Source of the DNA: Acidimicrobiia bacterium
Lineage (GTDB): Bacteria > Actinomycetota > Acidimicrobiia > Spongiisociales > ZC4RG35
Assembly: GCA_041744375.1 (NCBI GenBank)
Contig: JBGTLA010000049.1
Location: 5,629 to 69,628, forward strand
Length of the DNA stretch: 64,000 bases
Direction: 5' to 3'
The notes under the pieces were generated by a model. That model made no database searches. It had not been told where the DNA came from and saw only the letters and a list, made by a program, of their open reading frames with translations. This document shows positions 30,021 to 38,725 of this stretch, in pieces. Within the stretch, counting starts at the first letter, position 1, and every line of letters starts with the position of its first letter. Both the position numbers and the translations under genes were made by a program.

Positions 30021-30785
30021 ATGCGTGTATTCGCCGATGCCACCCAGGCCAAGGGGGAGACCGTCATCGAGCTGGTGGAGGTCGACAAGTACTTCGGGGA
30101 CTTCCAGGCGTTGGCCAACATCAACATGAGGGTTGGCCGCCAGGAGGTGGTGGTCGTCATCGGCCCGTCTGGATCGGGCAAGTCGACGCTCATCCGTTGT
30201 ATCAACCGGCTCGAGAAACACGACCGCGGCCGGATCATCGTCGACGGTATCGAGTTGTCTGAGGATGTGCGCAACATCCAGGAGATCCGGCGTGAGACCG
30301 GAATGGTGTTCCAGTCCTTCAATCTTTTCCCCCACCTGACCGTGCTCGAGAACATCACCCTGGCTCCGCGCGAAGTGAGGCGCCTACCCAAGGCGGAAGC
30401 CGAGGAGCTGGCGATGCAGATGCTCACCCGCGTCAAGATCCCCGAGCAGGCCCGCAAGTACCCCGGTCAGCTCTCGGGAGGCCAGCAGCAGCGGGTGGCC
30501 ATTGCCAGGGCTCTGGCCATGCAGCCGAAGGTGATGCTGTTTGACGAGCCCACCTCTGCCCTCGATCCCGAGATGATCAAGGAGGTCCTCGATGCCATGG
30601 TCGAGCTGGCCGAGGGGGGGATGACGATGATCGTCGTCACACACGAGATGGGTTTCGCCAGAGCGGTAGCCGACCGGGTGGTGTTCATGTCGGACGGCGA
30701 GATCGTCGAGGTGGGGACCCCCGAACACTTCTTCACCGACCCCCGTGAGGACCGAACCAAGCTCTTCTTGAGCCAGATCCTATAA
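30021..30785 (+). CDS. Amino-acid ABC transporter ATP-binding protein (AapP/GlnQ-like)
   Basis: Walker [38 protein letters not shown] and VTHEMGFA. In-frame TTG 30012, 5 nt after AGGAGG, is an alternative start. Confidence 0.9.
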   Translation: MRVFADATQAKGETVIELVEVDKYFGDFQALANINMRVGRQEVVVVIGPSGSGKSTLIRCINRLEKHDRGRIIVDGIELSEDVRNIQEIRRETGMVFQSFNLFPHLTVLENITLAPREVRRLPKAEAEELAMQMLTRVKIPEQARKYPGQLSGGQQQRVAIARALAMQPKVMLFDEPTSALDPEMIKEVLDAMVELAEGGMTMIVVTHEMGFARAVADRVVFMSDGEIVEVGTPEHFFTDPREDRTKLFLSQIL

Positions 30786-30859
30786 GCAAGGCGGAAGTCG
30801 GAAGTCCTTGGCCGGGATAGTGACCTTGGGGTCGGGCGTCCAGCGACCAGACTGGGCGG

Positions 30860-31927
30860 GTGCGCACCTCGTTGCCGATTCGACTGCTGCTGATCCTGGT
30901 GGGCGGGGTCGTCGTCGGCGTGAGCGCTCACGGTCTCACTGGAAGGGCGGACTCGAAGACGGCGGCGGTCGCTCCCAGCACGACGAGCACCATGCTCACG
31001 ACGACGCTCCCGACCACGACGACGAGTACGAGTACGACTACCACTACGACCTTGCCGTCGCGAGGAGGGCTGGTCATTCACGGGACGGGCGACGTGAACA
31101 CCGACAGCTCCTATGTCCCGGCATTGGCGGCCAACGGTCACGCTTATGCCTGGGAAGGGCTGGACGGCCTCTTCTTGGAAGACGATCTGACGGTAATCAA
31201 CCTCGAGTGCACCCCGTCGGAGCTGGGGGACTCCCTGCCCAAGCAGTTCGTTTTCCGCTGCGACCCAGACTCTCTGCCCGCCATGCGTGCCGCGGGCGTC
31301 GACGTGGTGAACCTGGCCAACAACCACACCAGGGACCATGGGGCCGCGGCGCTGCTAGACGGTGTCGTCCAGGTGGAGAGCGAAGGCATGAAGGCGGTGG
31401 GTGTCGGAGCCAACGCCGACGAGGCCAATGCCCCCGCCATCGTCGACGTGAACGGCTGGACCGTAGCCGTAGTCGGTTTCGGAGGGATCGTCCCCACTCC
31501 CGATTGGATCGCCACCGAGGACTCGCCGGGAATGGCCGATGGCGACACGATCGAGCTCATGGTTGAGGCTGTTCGGGCCGCAAAGGAGGTCGCCGATCTG
31601 GTGGTGGTGACCATCCACTGGGGTCTTGAGCTCGATCTGGAGCCGGAGCCGGAAGATCGAGAACGAGCCGCGGCCATGATCGAAGCCGGAGCCGACGTCA
31701 TCTTCGGGCATCACGCCCACCGTCTCCAACCGCTGGAGATCATCGACGGCAAGCCCGTCTTCTGGAACCTGGGCAACTTCGTGTGGCCCAACTTCTCGGT
31801 TCCGGGTTCCACCACCGCCGTGGCGCGCGTCGTCGTCTCGTCCGAAGGCGACCTCGACGCCTGTCTGATCCCGGCCTTCATCACCGCCCCCGGCCGCCCC
31901 GAGCTGACCGACGATCCCCCCTGCTAG
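30860..31927 (+). CDS. CapA/PGA_cap family metallophosphoesterase-like protein, secreted or membrane-anchored, with Thr-rich linker
   Basis: N-terminal hydrophobic helix, then a TTLPTTTTSTSTTTTTT linker. CapA motifs are VNLANNHTRDHG, VVTIHWGLE and IFGHHAHRLQP. Confidence 0.75.
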   Translation: MRTSLPIRLLLILVGGVVVGVSAHGLTGRADSKTAAVAPSTTSTMLTTTLPTTTTSTSTTTTTTLPSRGGLVIHGTGDVNTDSSYVPALAANGHAYAWEGLDGLFLEDDLTVINLECTPSELGDSLPKQFVFRCDPDSLPAMRAAGVDVVNLANNHTRDHGAAALLDGVVQVESEGMKAVGVGANADEANAPAIVDVNGWTVAVVGFGGIVPTPDWIATEDSPGMADGDTIELMVEAVRAAKEVADLVVVTIHWGLELDLEPEPEDRERAAAMIEAGADVIFGHHAHRLQPLEIIDGKPVFWNLGNFVWPNFSVPGSTTAVARVVVSSEGDLDACLIPAFITAPGRPELTDDPPC

Positions 31928-31930
31928 TTG

Positions 31931-31985
31931 CGTCTTCCGTCTTCCGTCTTCCGTCCCCTGTGACTTCCGTCTTCCGTCTTCCGAC
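31931..31985. repeat. Two blocks of a tandem 7-bp repeat (CGTCTTC / CTTCCGT) in a convergent intergenic spacer
   Basis: Sequence CGTCTTC CGTCTTC CGTCTTC CGTCCCC TGTGA CTTCCGT CTTCCGT CTTCCGA C, read directly from the sequence. It fills almost the whole 62-bp gap between the capA stop and the M20D stop. Confidence 0.85.
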
Positions 31986-31989
31986 TCCT

Positions 31990-33135
31990 TTACAGCTCCG
32001 ACCAACGGTCGCCTTCGGCCAGGTCGATGACCGTCCACGCCATTCCCAGGGCCCCGTCGAATATGGCACGATCGCCGTCAGCAGTGATGGTGTGGGCGGC
32101 GAACTCCTTTTGGTGGTTGACGGCCGGCCGGCAATTGATCCCGAGCATCGGATGGATCGTGGGCACTAGCTTGGACACGTTGCCCATGTCGGTCGATCCG
32201 GCCTGGGAAGAGGGCAGGGCGTCACCGCGCATCATGGGCCTACCCAGTGCGGCCGAGTTTGCCTCGAAGACATCGACCAGGACTGGGTTGGAGATCATCT
32301 CGTCGTAGACATGGCCGACGTGCTCGACTTCGACCGTGCAACCCGTGGCCGTGGCGGCGGCCTCGAAACAGGCCAGCACCCTTGGCAGTAACTCGTCGAG
32401 CCGTTGGCGATGTTCCGCTCGCACGTACCAAGAAGATCGGGTGTAGTCGGGCACGATGTTGGGAGCCTCGCCGCCCTCGGCGATTATCCCGTGGATCTTG
32501 TCGTTGGAGTAGATGTGCTGACGGAGGGTGGATGTGTTCACGTAGGCCTGTACGGCCGCGTCGAGAGCGTTGATGCCCTGCTGGGGGTAGGCGGAGGCGT
32601 GGGCGGTCTTGCCGTGGTAGTGCACGTCGAGGTGGGCGACGGCGATGACGCGTGGGTCGACCACATCGGAGGGGGAGGGGTGGACCATCATGGCGGCGGC
32701 AACTCCTTCGAATGCGCCGGCTTCGATGAGATCGATCTTGCCACCAAAATTCTCCTCGGCGGGAGTTCCCAACACGGTGATCCTGATCCCCAGTTCCTCC
32801 GCCAATGGAGCCAGAGCGTGCCCGGCTCCGATCGCCGAGGTGGCGATGATGTTGTGGCCGCAGGCGTGACCCACGCCCGGAAGAGCGTCGTACTCGGCGC
32901 AGATGACAACCTGAGGTCCGCTGGTGCCCGCCCGGGCGGCGAAGGCGGTTTCGAGACCATAGGCGGGGTACTCGACGTCGAAGCCCGACTCGCCGAGGAA
33001 CGTTGCGAGGCGGGCGGAACTCTCGAACTCGTGGTAGGCCAGCTCAGGGTTGTCGTACATCCACCGGCTCATGTCCCGCAGGCGACTCTCCACGGCCTCG
33101 AGGCGGTTGCGCGCCGCTTGTTTCGTGTCGGACAT
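31990..33135 (-). CDS. M20D family amidohydrolase (aminoacylase / AbgA / hippurate-hydrolase-like)
   Basis: 381 aa. Motifs YHEFESSARLATFL, ICAEYDALPGVGHACGHN, GTPAEE and HGKTAHAS. Confidence 0.8.
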   Translation of the reverse strand: MSDTKQAARNRLEAVESRLRDMSRWMYDNPELAYHEFESSARLATFLGESGFDVEYPAYGLETAFAARAGTSGPQVVICAEYDALPGVGHACGHNIIATSAIGAGHALAPLAEELGIRITVLGTPAEENFGGKIDLIEAGAFEGVAAAMMVHPSPSDVVDPRVIAVAHLDVHYHGKTAHASAYPQQGINALDAAVQAYVNTSTLRQHIYSNDKIHGIIAEGGEAPNIVPDYTRSSWYVRAEHRQRLDELLPRVLACFEAAATATGCTVEVEHVGHVYDEMISNPVLVDVFEANSAALGRPMMRGDALPSSQAGSTDMGNVSKLVPTIHPMLGINCRPAVNHQKEFAAHTITADGDRAIFDGALGMAWTVIDLAEGDRWSEL

Positions 33136-33236
33136 CGGTTCTCCTGTGGCAATACTGGTTGAGGAACGCTACCCACCCGTCACACCGTGTGTGGCCGGCA
33201 CGGGGATAGATCCGCGGACCGGTACGATCATCGGTC

Positions 33237-33779
33237 GTGCGTGTCTTGTTGGCGGTGGCGACGGTGTGTGCAGCCTGCTCGGTCGGGACTTCGAGCCCCG
33301 AGACGGCGGCTCCTGCCATCACCACCCTCCCGGAAACCACTGTGACGACTGCGCCCACCACCACCACCACCACCACGACTCCGCCGTCCCCTTGCCCCCC
33401 GGCCCCCTACCGGTTCGGCTCCCTCCCCAACCGGGTGGATGCCGTCGAGATGGACCTGGAAGAGGCGGATCCCGAGCCGGACGAGTTCACATCCATCGGT
33501 GGCACCCACACGCGCATCTGGGTCGACGGCGACGGCCTCCCCGCCATCGCCCTCGTTCGGGGGTCGCTGCCTCCCAGAGAGTTTCCCGCCGAGAGGGGTG
33601 AAGTGGACGTGGCCGGCACCAGAGGGGTGGCGGGACCCTATCCCGATGGGCGATGGGTGGTGGCATGGTTCAACGAACCGGGGGATCGCTGCGATCTCTA
33701 CTCGATGGTCTTCTACCCTCCCGTGGCGCCCACCGAGGTGCAGCAGACGATCGCCGATGTCGTCAGGGTGGCGGGCTGA
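33237..33779 (+). CDS. Hypothetical lipoprotein with poly-Thr/Pro linker
   Basis: Signal and lipobox-like MRVLLAVATVCAACS, then a linker TTAPTTTTTTTTPPSPCPP. I recognise no family. High GC3 supports coding. Confidence 0.5.
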   Translation: MRVLLAVATVCAACSVGTSSPETAAPAITTLPETTVTTAPTTTTTTTTPPSPCPPAPYRFGSLPNRVDAVEMDLEEADPEPDEFTSIGGTHTRIWVDGDGLPAIALVRGSLPPREFPAERGEVDVAGTRGVAGPYPDGRWVVAWFNEPGDRCDLYSMVFYPPVAPTEVQQTIADVVRVAG

Positions 33780-33841
33780 GGGGCTCATACCGAGAGTTCA
33801 AGAAAGCTCTAGGTTGGCGCGAGTCGGGTATCTTTCCTCGG

Positions 33842-34285
33842 GTGACAGACAAACTCTCGATTGGAGAGATCGGTCGACGAACAGGGGTGGCCCCCTCGGC
33901 TCTGCGTTTTTACGAAGCCGAGGGCTTGATCTCCTCCACCCGGACCGAGGGAGGCCAGCGACAGTTCACCCGAGAGACGATTCGGCGCGTGTCGTTTATC
34001 CGGGTGGCCCAACAAGTCGGGCTCAGCCTGGGTGAGATTGGCGCGGCTCTCGCCTCCCTGCCGAACAGCCGCACTCCCACCGCCAAGGATTGGGAGGGGT
34101 TGTCACAGAAGTGGCGCCCCCGGCTCGACGCCCAGATCGGCATCCTCGAACGCCTCCGGGACCGCCTCGACAGCTGCATCGGATGTGGATGTCTCTCCCT
34201 CGGTACGTGTCGTCTCATGAACCCGGGGGACGTGGTCGCCGAGCGAGGGCCCGGACCCCGCTACATCCTCGACGAACCCGCCTGA
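33842..34285 (+). CDS. soxR: Redox-sensitive MerR-family regulator SoxR ([2Fe-2S])
   Basis: MerR HTH LSIGEIGRRTGVAPSALRFYEAEGLI and the diagnostic SoxR cluster motif CIGCGCLSLGTCRL. GTG 33842 was chosen because the ORF-track start at 33653 overlaps the lipoprotein gene. Confidence 0.85.
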   Translation: MTDKLSIGEIGRRTGVAPSALRFYEAEGLISSTRTEGGQRQFTRETIRRVSFIRVAQQVGLSLGEIGAALASLPNSRTPTAKDWEGLSQKWRPRLDAQIGILERLRDRLDSCIGCGCLSLGTCRLMNPGDVVAERGPGPRYILDEPA

Positions 34286-34367
34286 GTTCCGCCAACCCCG
34301 GGTTGCAGACACCGCTGGGCGGTGGTTGGAACCCGGGGTTGCGAAGAGGGGGACGCCGGGCCTCCGC

Positions 34368-35327
34368 TCAGGTCTGGCTGGGTGGTGGTGGCTGGCCAGG
34401 ACGGCCGGCGCTCGTCCCGCCGGCCTCGGCCCACATCTCTCCGATGGCGGCGACACTTCCCAGCACACCGGTCGTGTCCAGCGGCAGGAAGATCTTGGTA
34501 GCCTGCCCGTCGGCCACACCCTGTAAGGCCTCCAGGTAACGAATGGCGATGAGGTCGGGGGTCGGGTCGCCCGTGTGGATCGCCGCGAAGACCCGCTCGA
34601 TGGCGCGCGCTTCGCCTTCGGCGACCGTCTCCTTTTGGTAACGCTCGGCGTCGGCGACGAGCTTGATGGCATCGGCCTGGCCGTTCGCCTCCAACACTTG
34701 GGACTCCTTGACCCCTTCGGCACGGAGGATGGCGGCGCGTTTGGAACCTTCTGCTTCGGTGACGAGTGCGCGGCGGTCGCGCTCGGCCTTCATCTGGCGG
34801 TGCATGGCATCGGTCACGTCGGCAGGCGGCTCGATCCGCTGGATCTCGACTCGCACGACCCGTACGCCCCATTTGTCGGTGGCGTCGTCGAGGATCTGGC
34901 GTAGCTTGGCGTTGATGACTTCCCGCGAGGTGAGGGCCGCATCGAGGTCGAGGTCACCGATCACGTTACGCAGGTTGGTCTGCGCCAGCTTGGTGACGGC
35001 CAGAATGAACTGCCCGACGTTGTACTTGAGCTTCACCGGGTCGGTGGCCTCGTAGTAGATGACGGCGTCCACGGTCACGGCCACGTTGTCTTTGGTGATC
35101 ACCTCCTGGGGGAGAACGTCGACGACCTGCTCACGCATGTCGACCTTGATGATCCGCTTCACGAACGGAATGACCCAGCGCAGGCCGGAGTCGACGGTCT
35201 TCTCATACCTTCCCAGGAATTCGATCAGGCCTTTCTCGAACGGCCGGACCACCCGAAACCCGGTCGCTGCCACCAGGATGATGGCGGCGGCCAGGATGAT
35301 GAAGAGGATGATGAATGCTTCCTGCAT
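34368..35327 (-). CDS. SPFH/Band-7 (stomatin/QmcA-like) membrane scaffold protein
   Basis: 319 aa with an N-terminal TM helix. SPFH core ([53 protein letters not shown]), then a coiled-coil and a Pro-rich tail. Shine-Dalgarno GAAGGAGA. Confidence 0.9.
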   Translation of the reverse strand: MQEAFIILFIILAAAIILVAATGFRVVRPFEKGLIEFLGRYEKTVDSGLRWVIPFVKRIIKVDMREQVVDVLPQEVITKDNVAVTVDAVIYYEATDPVKLKYNVGQFILAVTKLAQTNLRNVIGDLDLDAALTSREVINAKLRQILDDATDKWGVRVVRVEIQRIEPPADVTDAMHRQMKAERDRRALVTEAEGSKRAAILRAEGVKESQVLEANGQADAIKLVADAERYQKETVAEGEARAIERVFAAIHTGDPTPDLIAIRYLEALQGVADGQATKIFLPLDTTGVLGSVAAIGEMWAEAGGTSAGRPGQPPPPSQT

Positions 35328-35345
35328 GTTTGTTGGTCTCCTTCT

Positions 35346-36149
35346 CTAGATCTCTTCTTCTGTGGTGGTGACGACCAGTCTCGCGCCTTGCACCGAGCGG
35401 ACAACGATCCTGGCCCCGGGCGGGATGACGGCACCGTGCACCGATGCTGCCCGCCATTCTTCGTTGTCGATCCGGACCATGCCCGTGCCGGAGTCCGGAT
35501 CGATCTCCTCGAGGACGATGCCATTGGCGCCCACCCACCGGTTGGCCCCCACGCGAGGCTGGGCGTCGTCGTCTTGGCGGTCGATGTAGCGACGCAGATA
35601 GGCCAGGGCGACGATCGACACACCGAAGAACACCAGCCACTGGGCCAAGACGTTGACTCCTGCCCAGGCGAGGATGGCGGCCGCCGCCGCCCCGATGGCG
35701 AAGGGCAGCAGGAAAAAGCCCGCCGTGAAGATCTCACCGATCCCCATCACGAGCGCCATGCCAGTCCACAACCACCGCCAGATCTCTTGGTCCACGGTTC
35801 CTTCTCCTTTCCCGGCGAAGGCCACGGCCACCACGATGGCGATCGTGCCGGCGCCATAGGCCAACAACTCCCTGCGGCGGACGCGAGCCCGGTGGGTCCG
35901 TCCGCTCATGACGTCTTCCCAGCTGATGCGGCTGCTAGCCCCGGTGCGGCGCTCCGCCGCCCACGACTCGGCGAAAGCAGCCAGATCTGGCCCCACCACG
36001 ACGGCGGGGTCGCGGTTGTGGCCCACGGCCTCTTCCAGGTGCCTGGTCAGTTCGATGGCCATCTCGGCCACGTCTCGGTGAGGAACCCCCGTCTCCTTCC
36101 AGTATCGAGAGCAATCGTCGATGATGCGCGTCACGCCGGTCGTCGTCAT
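35346..36149 (-). CDS. NfeD-family membrane protein with an N-terminal PadR-partner (DUF1700/HAAS-like) helical domain
   Basis: The C-terminus has TM helices plus the NfeD OB-fold (GANGIVLEEIDPDSGTGMVRIDNEEWRAASVHGAVIPPGARIVVRSVQGARLVV). The N-terminal ~70 aa (RDVAEMAIELTRHLEEAVGHNRDPAVVVGPDLAAFAESWA) resemble the helical domain usually encoded next to padR. ATG 36149 forms an ATGA overlap with the padR stop. Confidence 0.7.
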   Translation of the reverse strand: MTTTGVTRIIDDCSRYWKETGVPHRDVAEMAIELTRHLEEAVGHNRDPAVVVGPDLAAFAESWAAERRTGASSRISWEDVMSGRTHRARVRRRELLAYGAGTIAIVVAVAFAGKGEGTVDQEIWRWLWTGMALVMGIGEIFTAGFFLLPFAIGAAAAAILAWAGVNVLAQWLVFFGVSIVALAYLRRYIDRQDDDAQPRVGANRWVGANGIVLEEIDPDSGTGMVRIDNEEWRAASVHGAVIPPGARIVVRSVQGARLVVTTTEEEI

Positions 36150-36490
36150 CTGGCGACTCCGAGGACATCCTCGACGCCATCTCTGAACCTTGTCCACTCC
36201 GAGGCCCACGCCTCGACAGCAGAGACGCCGGACGGGGTGATCCGGTAGTACTTCCGGGCGGGCCCCTCACTCGACTGAACCAGGTAGCCGTCCACCAAGC
36301 CGTTGCGCTGAAGCCGGGAGAGCAGGGGGTAGATGGAGCCCTCGCTCACCAGGGTGAGCCCGCGCTGTTCGAGCTTGCGCACCATCTCGTAGCCGTAAGA
36401 AGGCTCATCACGGATGATGGAAAGCAGACACATGTCGAGCACTCCCTTGAGGAGTTGGGAGCCTCGATCGGGTCGCGCCCTTGCTATCAT
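36146..36490 (-). CDS. PadR family transcriptional regulator
   Basis: 114 aa. Typical PadR winged helix LKGVLDMCLLSIIRDEPSYGYEMVRKLEQRGLTLVSEGSIYPLLSRLQRNGLV. Confidence 0.9.
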   Translation of the reverse strand: MIARARPDRGSQLLKGVLDMCLLSIIRDEPSYGYEMVRKLEQRGLTLVSEGSIYPLLSRLQRNGLVDGYLVQSSEGPARKYYRITPSGVSAVEAWASEWTRFRDGVEDVLGVAR

Positions 36491-36526
36491 GCAATCAAGA
36501 ATAGCGGGCTAAAGCCGGTAGTCAAT

Positions 36527-36539
36527 GATACCTGGTATC
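36527..36539. promoter_or_regulatory. 13-bp palindrome GATACC-T-GGTATC upstream of padR (candidate operator)
   Basis: Perfect 6-bp arms, 37-49 nt upstream of the padR start codon in a 57-bp intergenic region. It does not match the classical ATGT-N8-ACAT PadR box, so it is only a candidate. Confidence 0.3.
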
Positions 36540-36547
36540 GGGTGAAA

Positions 36548-37024
36548 CTAGTGGTCGTTGACCTCGGACTGGACCGGCTCGAAGGTGTCGGGATCGAGTT
36601 GGTGGAGGAACATGCGACAGCGGCTGGCCTCGTCGCCCTCCCCGATCTCGGTCGCCAGGCGGGCGAGACCACCGAGGCAGCGGAGAAACCCCCGGTTGGG
36701 GGTGTGCGACCAGCGAACATACCCGGACCCCTTCCAACCGTGCTTGCGTAGCTGGTCGAGGCCGCGGTGGTACCCAACCCGGAAGTAGGCGTATGCCTCG
36801 ATGGGCGGCCGTTGGGCCGACCCGGCCGCCTCGCCCAGGGTGGCCCACACGAGCGGCTCTGCCGGGTAGGCGGCGGCAACGACGGCTGGATCGTCGATAG
36901 CGAGTCGCCGCGTCAACTCCGGGTCAGGGTCGGGAAGCGTGGTCTCAGGGGGTCCGGATGCACTGAAGGAGACGTCGGTCATGGGCTCGACTCTAGGACA
37001 GTGTTGAGAATCCGTTCGAGCCAT
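36548..37024 (-). CDS. DUF3151-family protein (actinobacterial conserved hypothetical)
   Basis: Core AYAYFRVGYHRGLDQLRKHGWKGSGYVRWSHTPNRGFLRCLGGLARLATEIGEGDEASRCRMFL matches my memory of DUF3151. GAGGAGG lies upstream of ATG 37024. ATG 36982 is an alternative start. Confidence 0.6.
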   Translation of the reverse strand: MARTDSQHCPRVEPMTDVSFSASGPPETTLPDPDPELTRRLAIDDPAVVAAAYPAEPLVWATLGEAAGSAQRPPIEAYAYFRVGYHRGLDQLRKHGWKGSGYVRWSHTPNRGFLRCLGGLARLATEIGEGDEASRCRMFLHQLDPDTFEPVQSEVNDH

Positions 37025-37122
37025 CGACGCCAGTCCTCCTCACAGGGGACTTTGCCCAGCTGTAGGTTGGGCTCCCACTGTTGTTCAACACCGTCCTTGG
37101 AGCCCACGACCACGCCCCGAGA

Positions 37123-37749
37123 TCAGGCTACGGTTACCCTCTCCTCGGCCGTCCGATCCCACGGCACCCCCAACTTGGGGAGGAGCCAGCGGTCGAGTCC
37201 GATCCAGCCGGCGTTGCGCCAGGCGAGGACCAACAAGATGGCGACCAAGACCATGCCGGGGTTGACGCCGGCCGTACCTGCGAACATGAAATTGAAGTTG
37301 AGCACGGCTCCCAGGAAGGCGGCGATGCCGGTGAACATTCCCAGGATCAAGAGGATGCCGATTACGACCTCGCCGATCGCCACCAGGGGCCCGAAGAAAG
37401 TGTGGCCGGTGTCGCGCATGAACTCGAGGAAGTTGACGTACCAGCCGAACCCGACCGAGGGATGTGGCCCGGACGCTCCCTCTATGGCCCGCGCTGAGTA
37501 GCCGGCCACAGCATCGCCGACACCGGCGTCGGCGCAAGCCCGAACCCAGCCGCAGTTGCGGTCCCCTGTGATCGACAACGGGTCAGTGCCGAAGAAGTCG
37601 ATGTTGCCGCCGAACACCTTCCCCCAACCAGACTGGAGCCACTCCCAGCCCAGCCACACTCTCGCCACCAGCCACAGCCACGCCGTGGTTGTCGACGCGA
37701 ACAGCCAGCGTGAGACTCGGGGCTCTTCGATCTCGATGTACTTGGCCAT
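37123..37749 (-). CDS. DoxX-like integral membrane protein
   Basis: About 208 aa with four predicted TM helices. N-terminal WLWLVARVWLGWEWLQSGWGK is typical of DoxX/MhqP-like proteins. The family call is tentative. Confidence 0.5.
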   Translation of the reverse strand: MAKYIEIEEPRVSRWLFASTTTAWLWLVARVWLGWEWLQSGWGKVFGGNIDFFGTDPLSITGDRNCGWVRACADAGVGDAVAGYSARAIEGASGPHPSVGFGWYVNFLEFMRDTGHTFFGPLVAIGEVVIGILLILGMFTGIAAFLGAVLNFNFMFAGTAGVNPGMVLVAILLVLAWRNAGWIGLDRWLLPKLGVPWDRTAEERVTVA

Positions 37750-37842
37750 GCGTTCCTCCTCGCTACATGTCTCCACCGACCCTACGGGAACGGTCGATCG
37801 CCCGCTTAGGAGAAACAGCCCAATATCTTGTGACCTTTGGCC

Positions 37843-38205
37843 TCAATGCAAGCGGAGGCCATCGCGGATTTCACGCAACAGCAGGACCTCCTCCGAAGGA
37901 CCTTCCGGCTCGTCCTCGGGGGGCGGGGATCGGTGGTTGTACGCCTTGATCACCAAGAACAGCACGAGTGCCACCACGACGAAGTTGATGAGGGCACCGA
38001 TGAAGGCCCCTACCGAGCCATTCTCGGCGAAGGTCCCCAAGGCGTCGAGGCGGTCGAGCCCGGGGAGCACCAGGGTGATGAGCGGGTTGATGATCCGCTC
38101 GGTGAGCACTCCAATCACGGAAGCGAAGGTGACCCCCATCACGAAGGCCACAGCCAGCTCGACGATGTTTCCCTTGTTGATGAACTCGCGAAACTCGTCG
38201 ATCAT
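37843..38205 (-). CDS. mscL: Large-conductance mechanosensitive channel
   Basis: MIDEFREFINKGNIVELAVAFVMGVTFASVI aligns with the E. coli MscL N-terminus, and the C-terminal EEVLLLREIRD is conserved. Shine-Dalgarno AAGGAG precedes ATG 38205. Confidence 0.9.
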   Translation of the reverse strand: MIDEFREFINKGNIVELAVAFVMGVTFASVIGVLTERIINPLITLVLPGLDRLDALGTFAENGSVGAFIGALINFVVVALVLFLVIKAYNHRSPPPEDEPEGPSEEVLLLREIRDGLRLH

Positions 38206-38273
38206 GACGACTCCTTGCGGTCGATGACTTCGGTGCGAGGGTACCAATGCTGCTCGTTCGCTATCGTCCGATC

Positions 38274-38657
38274 ATGGATTTCGATCGTCCTGTGTTGCGG
38301 TCGGTTGACGTCGACCTCGGAGAGCTGGCCACGGTGTCGGTGATCCTCGAGGCCGAGGGCGTCGAACATCTGGGCCAGGCCGAGGGTTCGGTCGACCCTT
38401 CGGCCCGAGCCCGAGTGGTGGGGGAAGCCACCTTGCGCGCCCTGGAGTCGATTACCGGACCTTCTGTCCGCTTTGATCTGATAGCCGTGGGCACGTCGTC
38501 GATGGACGGTGTCACCATCGCCCTCGCTCAGGTGCGAGAGCCTTCTCGGGCGGACGTCTACGTCGGTTCGGCTCTCATTCGCCAGGGCGACACGGTGCTG
38601 GCCACCGCCCGGGCGGTACTCGACGCCCTCAACCGGAGATTGTCTCTCATCCACTGA
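38274..38657 (+). CDS. Hypothetical protein (two internally similar ~55-aa halves, each ending in an ATLRAL / AVLDAL helix)
   Basis: 127-aa ORF with coding-like GC3, divergent from mscL and upstream of clpB. I recognise no family. Confidence 0.45.
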   Translation: MDFDRPVLRSVDVDLGELATVSVILEAEGVEHLGQAEGSVDPSARARVVGEATLRALESITGPSVRFDLIAVGTSSMDGVTIALAQVREPSRADVYVGSALIRQGDTVLATARAVLDALNRRLSLIH

Positions 38658-38685
38658 CTTGTGGAATACTCTCGTCATCAATGAA

Positions 38686-38706
38686 CTTGATATAGAAACA
38701 CTCATA
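38686..38706. promoter_or_regulatory. HAIR-like inverted repeat (HspR operator candidate) upstream of clpB
   Basis: CTTGATA-TAGAAAC-ACTCATA compared with HAIR consensus CTTGAGT-N7-ACTCAAG gives 5/7 + 5/7 with exact N7 spacing. It sits in an AT-rich patch 20 nt upstream of the clpB ATG. Confidence 0.4.
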
Positions 38707-38725
38707 TTTTCTGACGAGGAGTTGA

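Noticed and set aside
26035-30457. 501-aa (26035..27540) and 608-aa (28631..30457) minus-strand ORFs over the amino-acid ABC operon
   Set aside because: Both are antisense to genes with clear SBP, permease and ATPase motifs. Their translations are Arg/Pro/Gly-rich nonsense.
34289-34342. Two copies of the palindromic motif AACCC(C/G)GGGTTGC between soxR and the SPFH gene
   Set aside because: These are probably just components of a GC-rich bidirectional terminator in a convergent spacer. The sequence is too short and simple to argue for a repeat family or operator.
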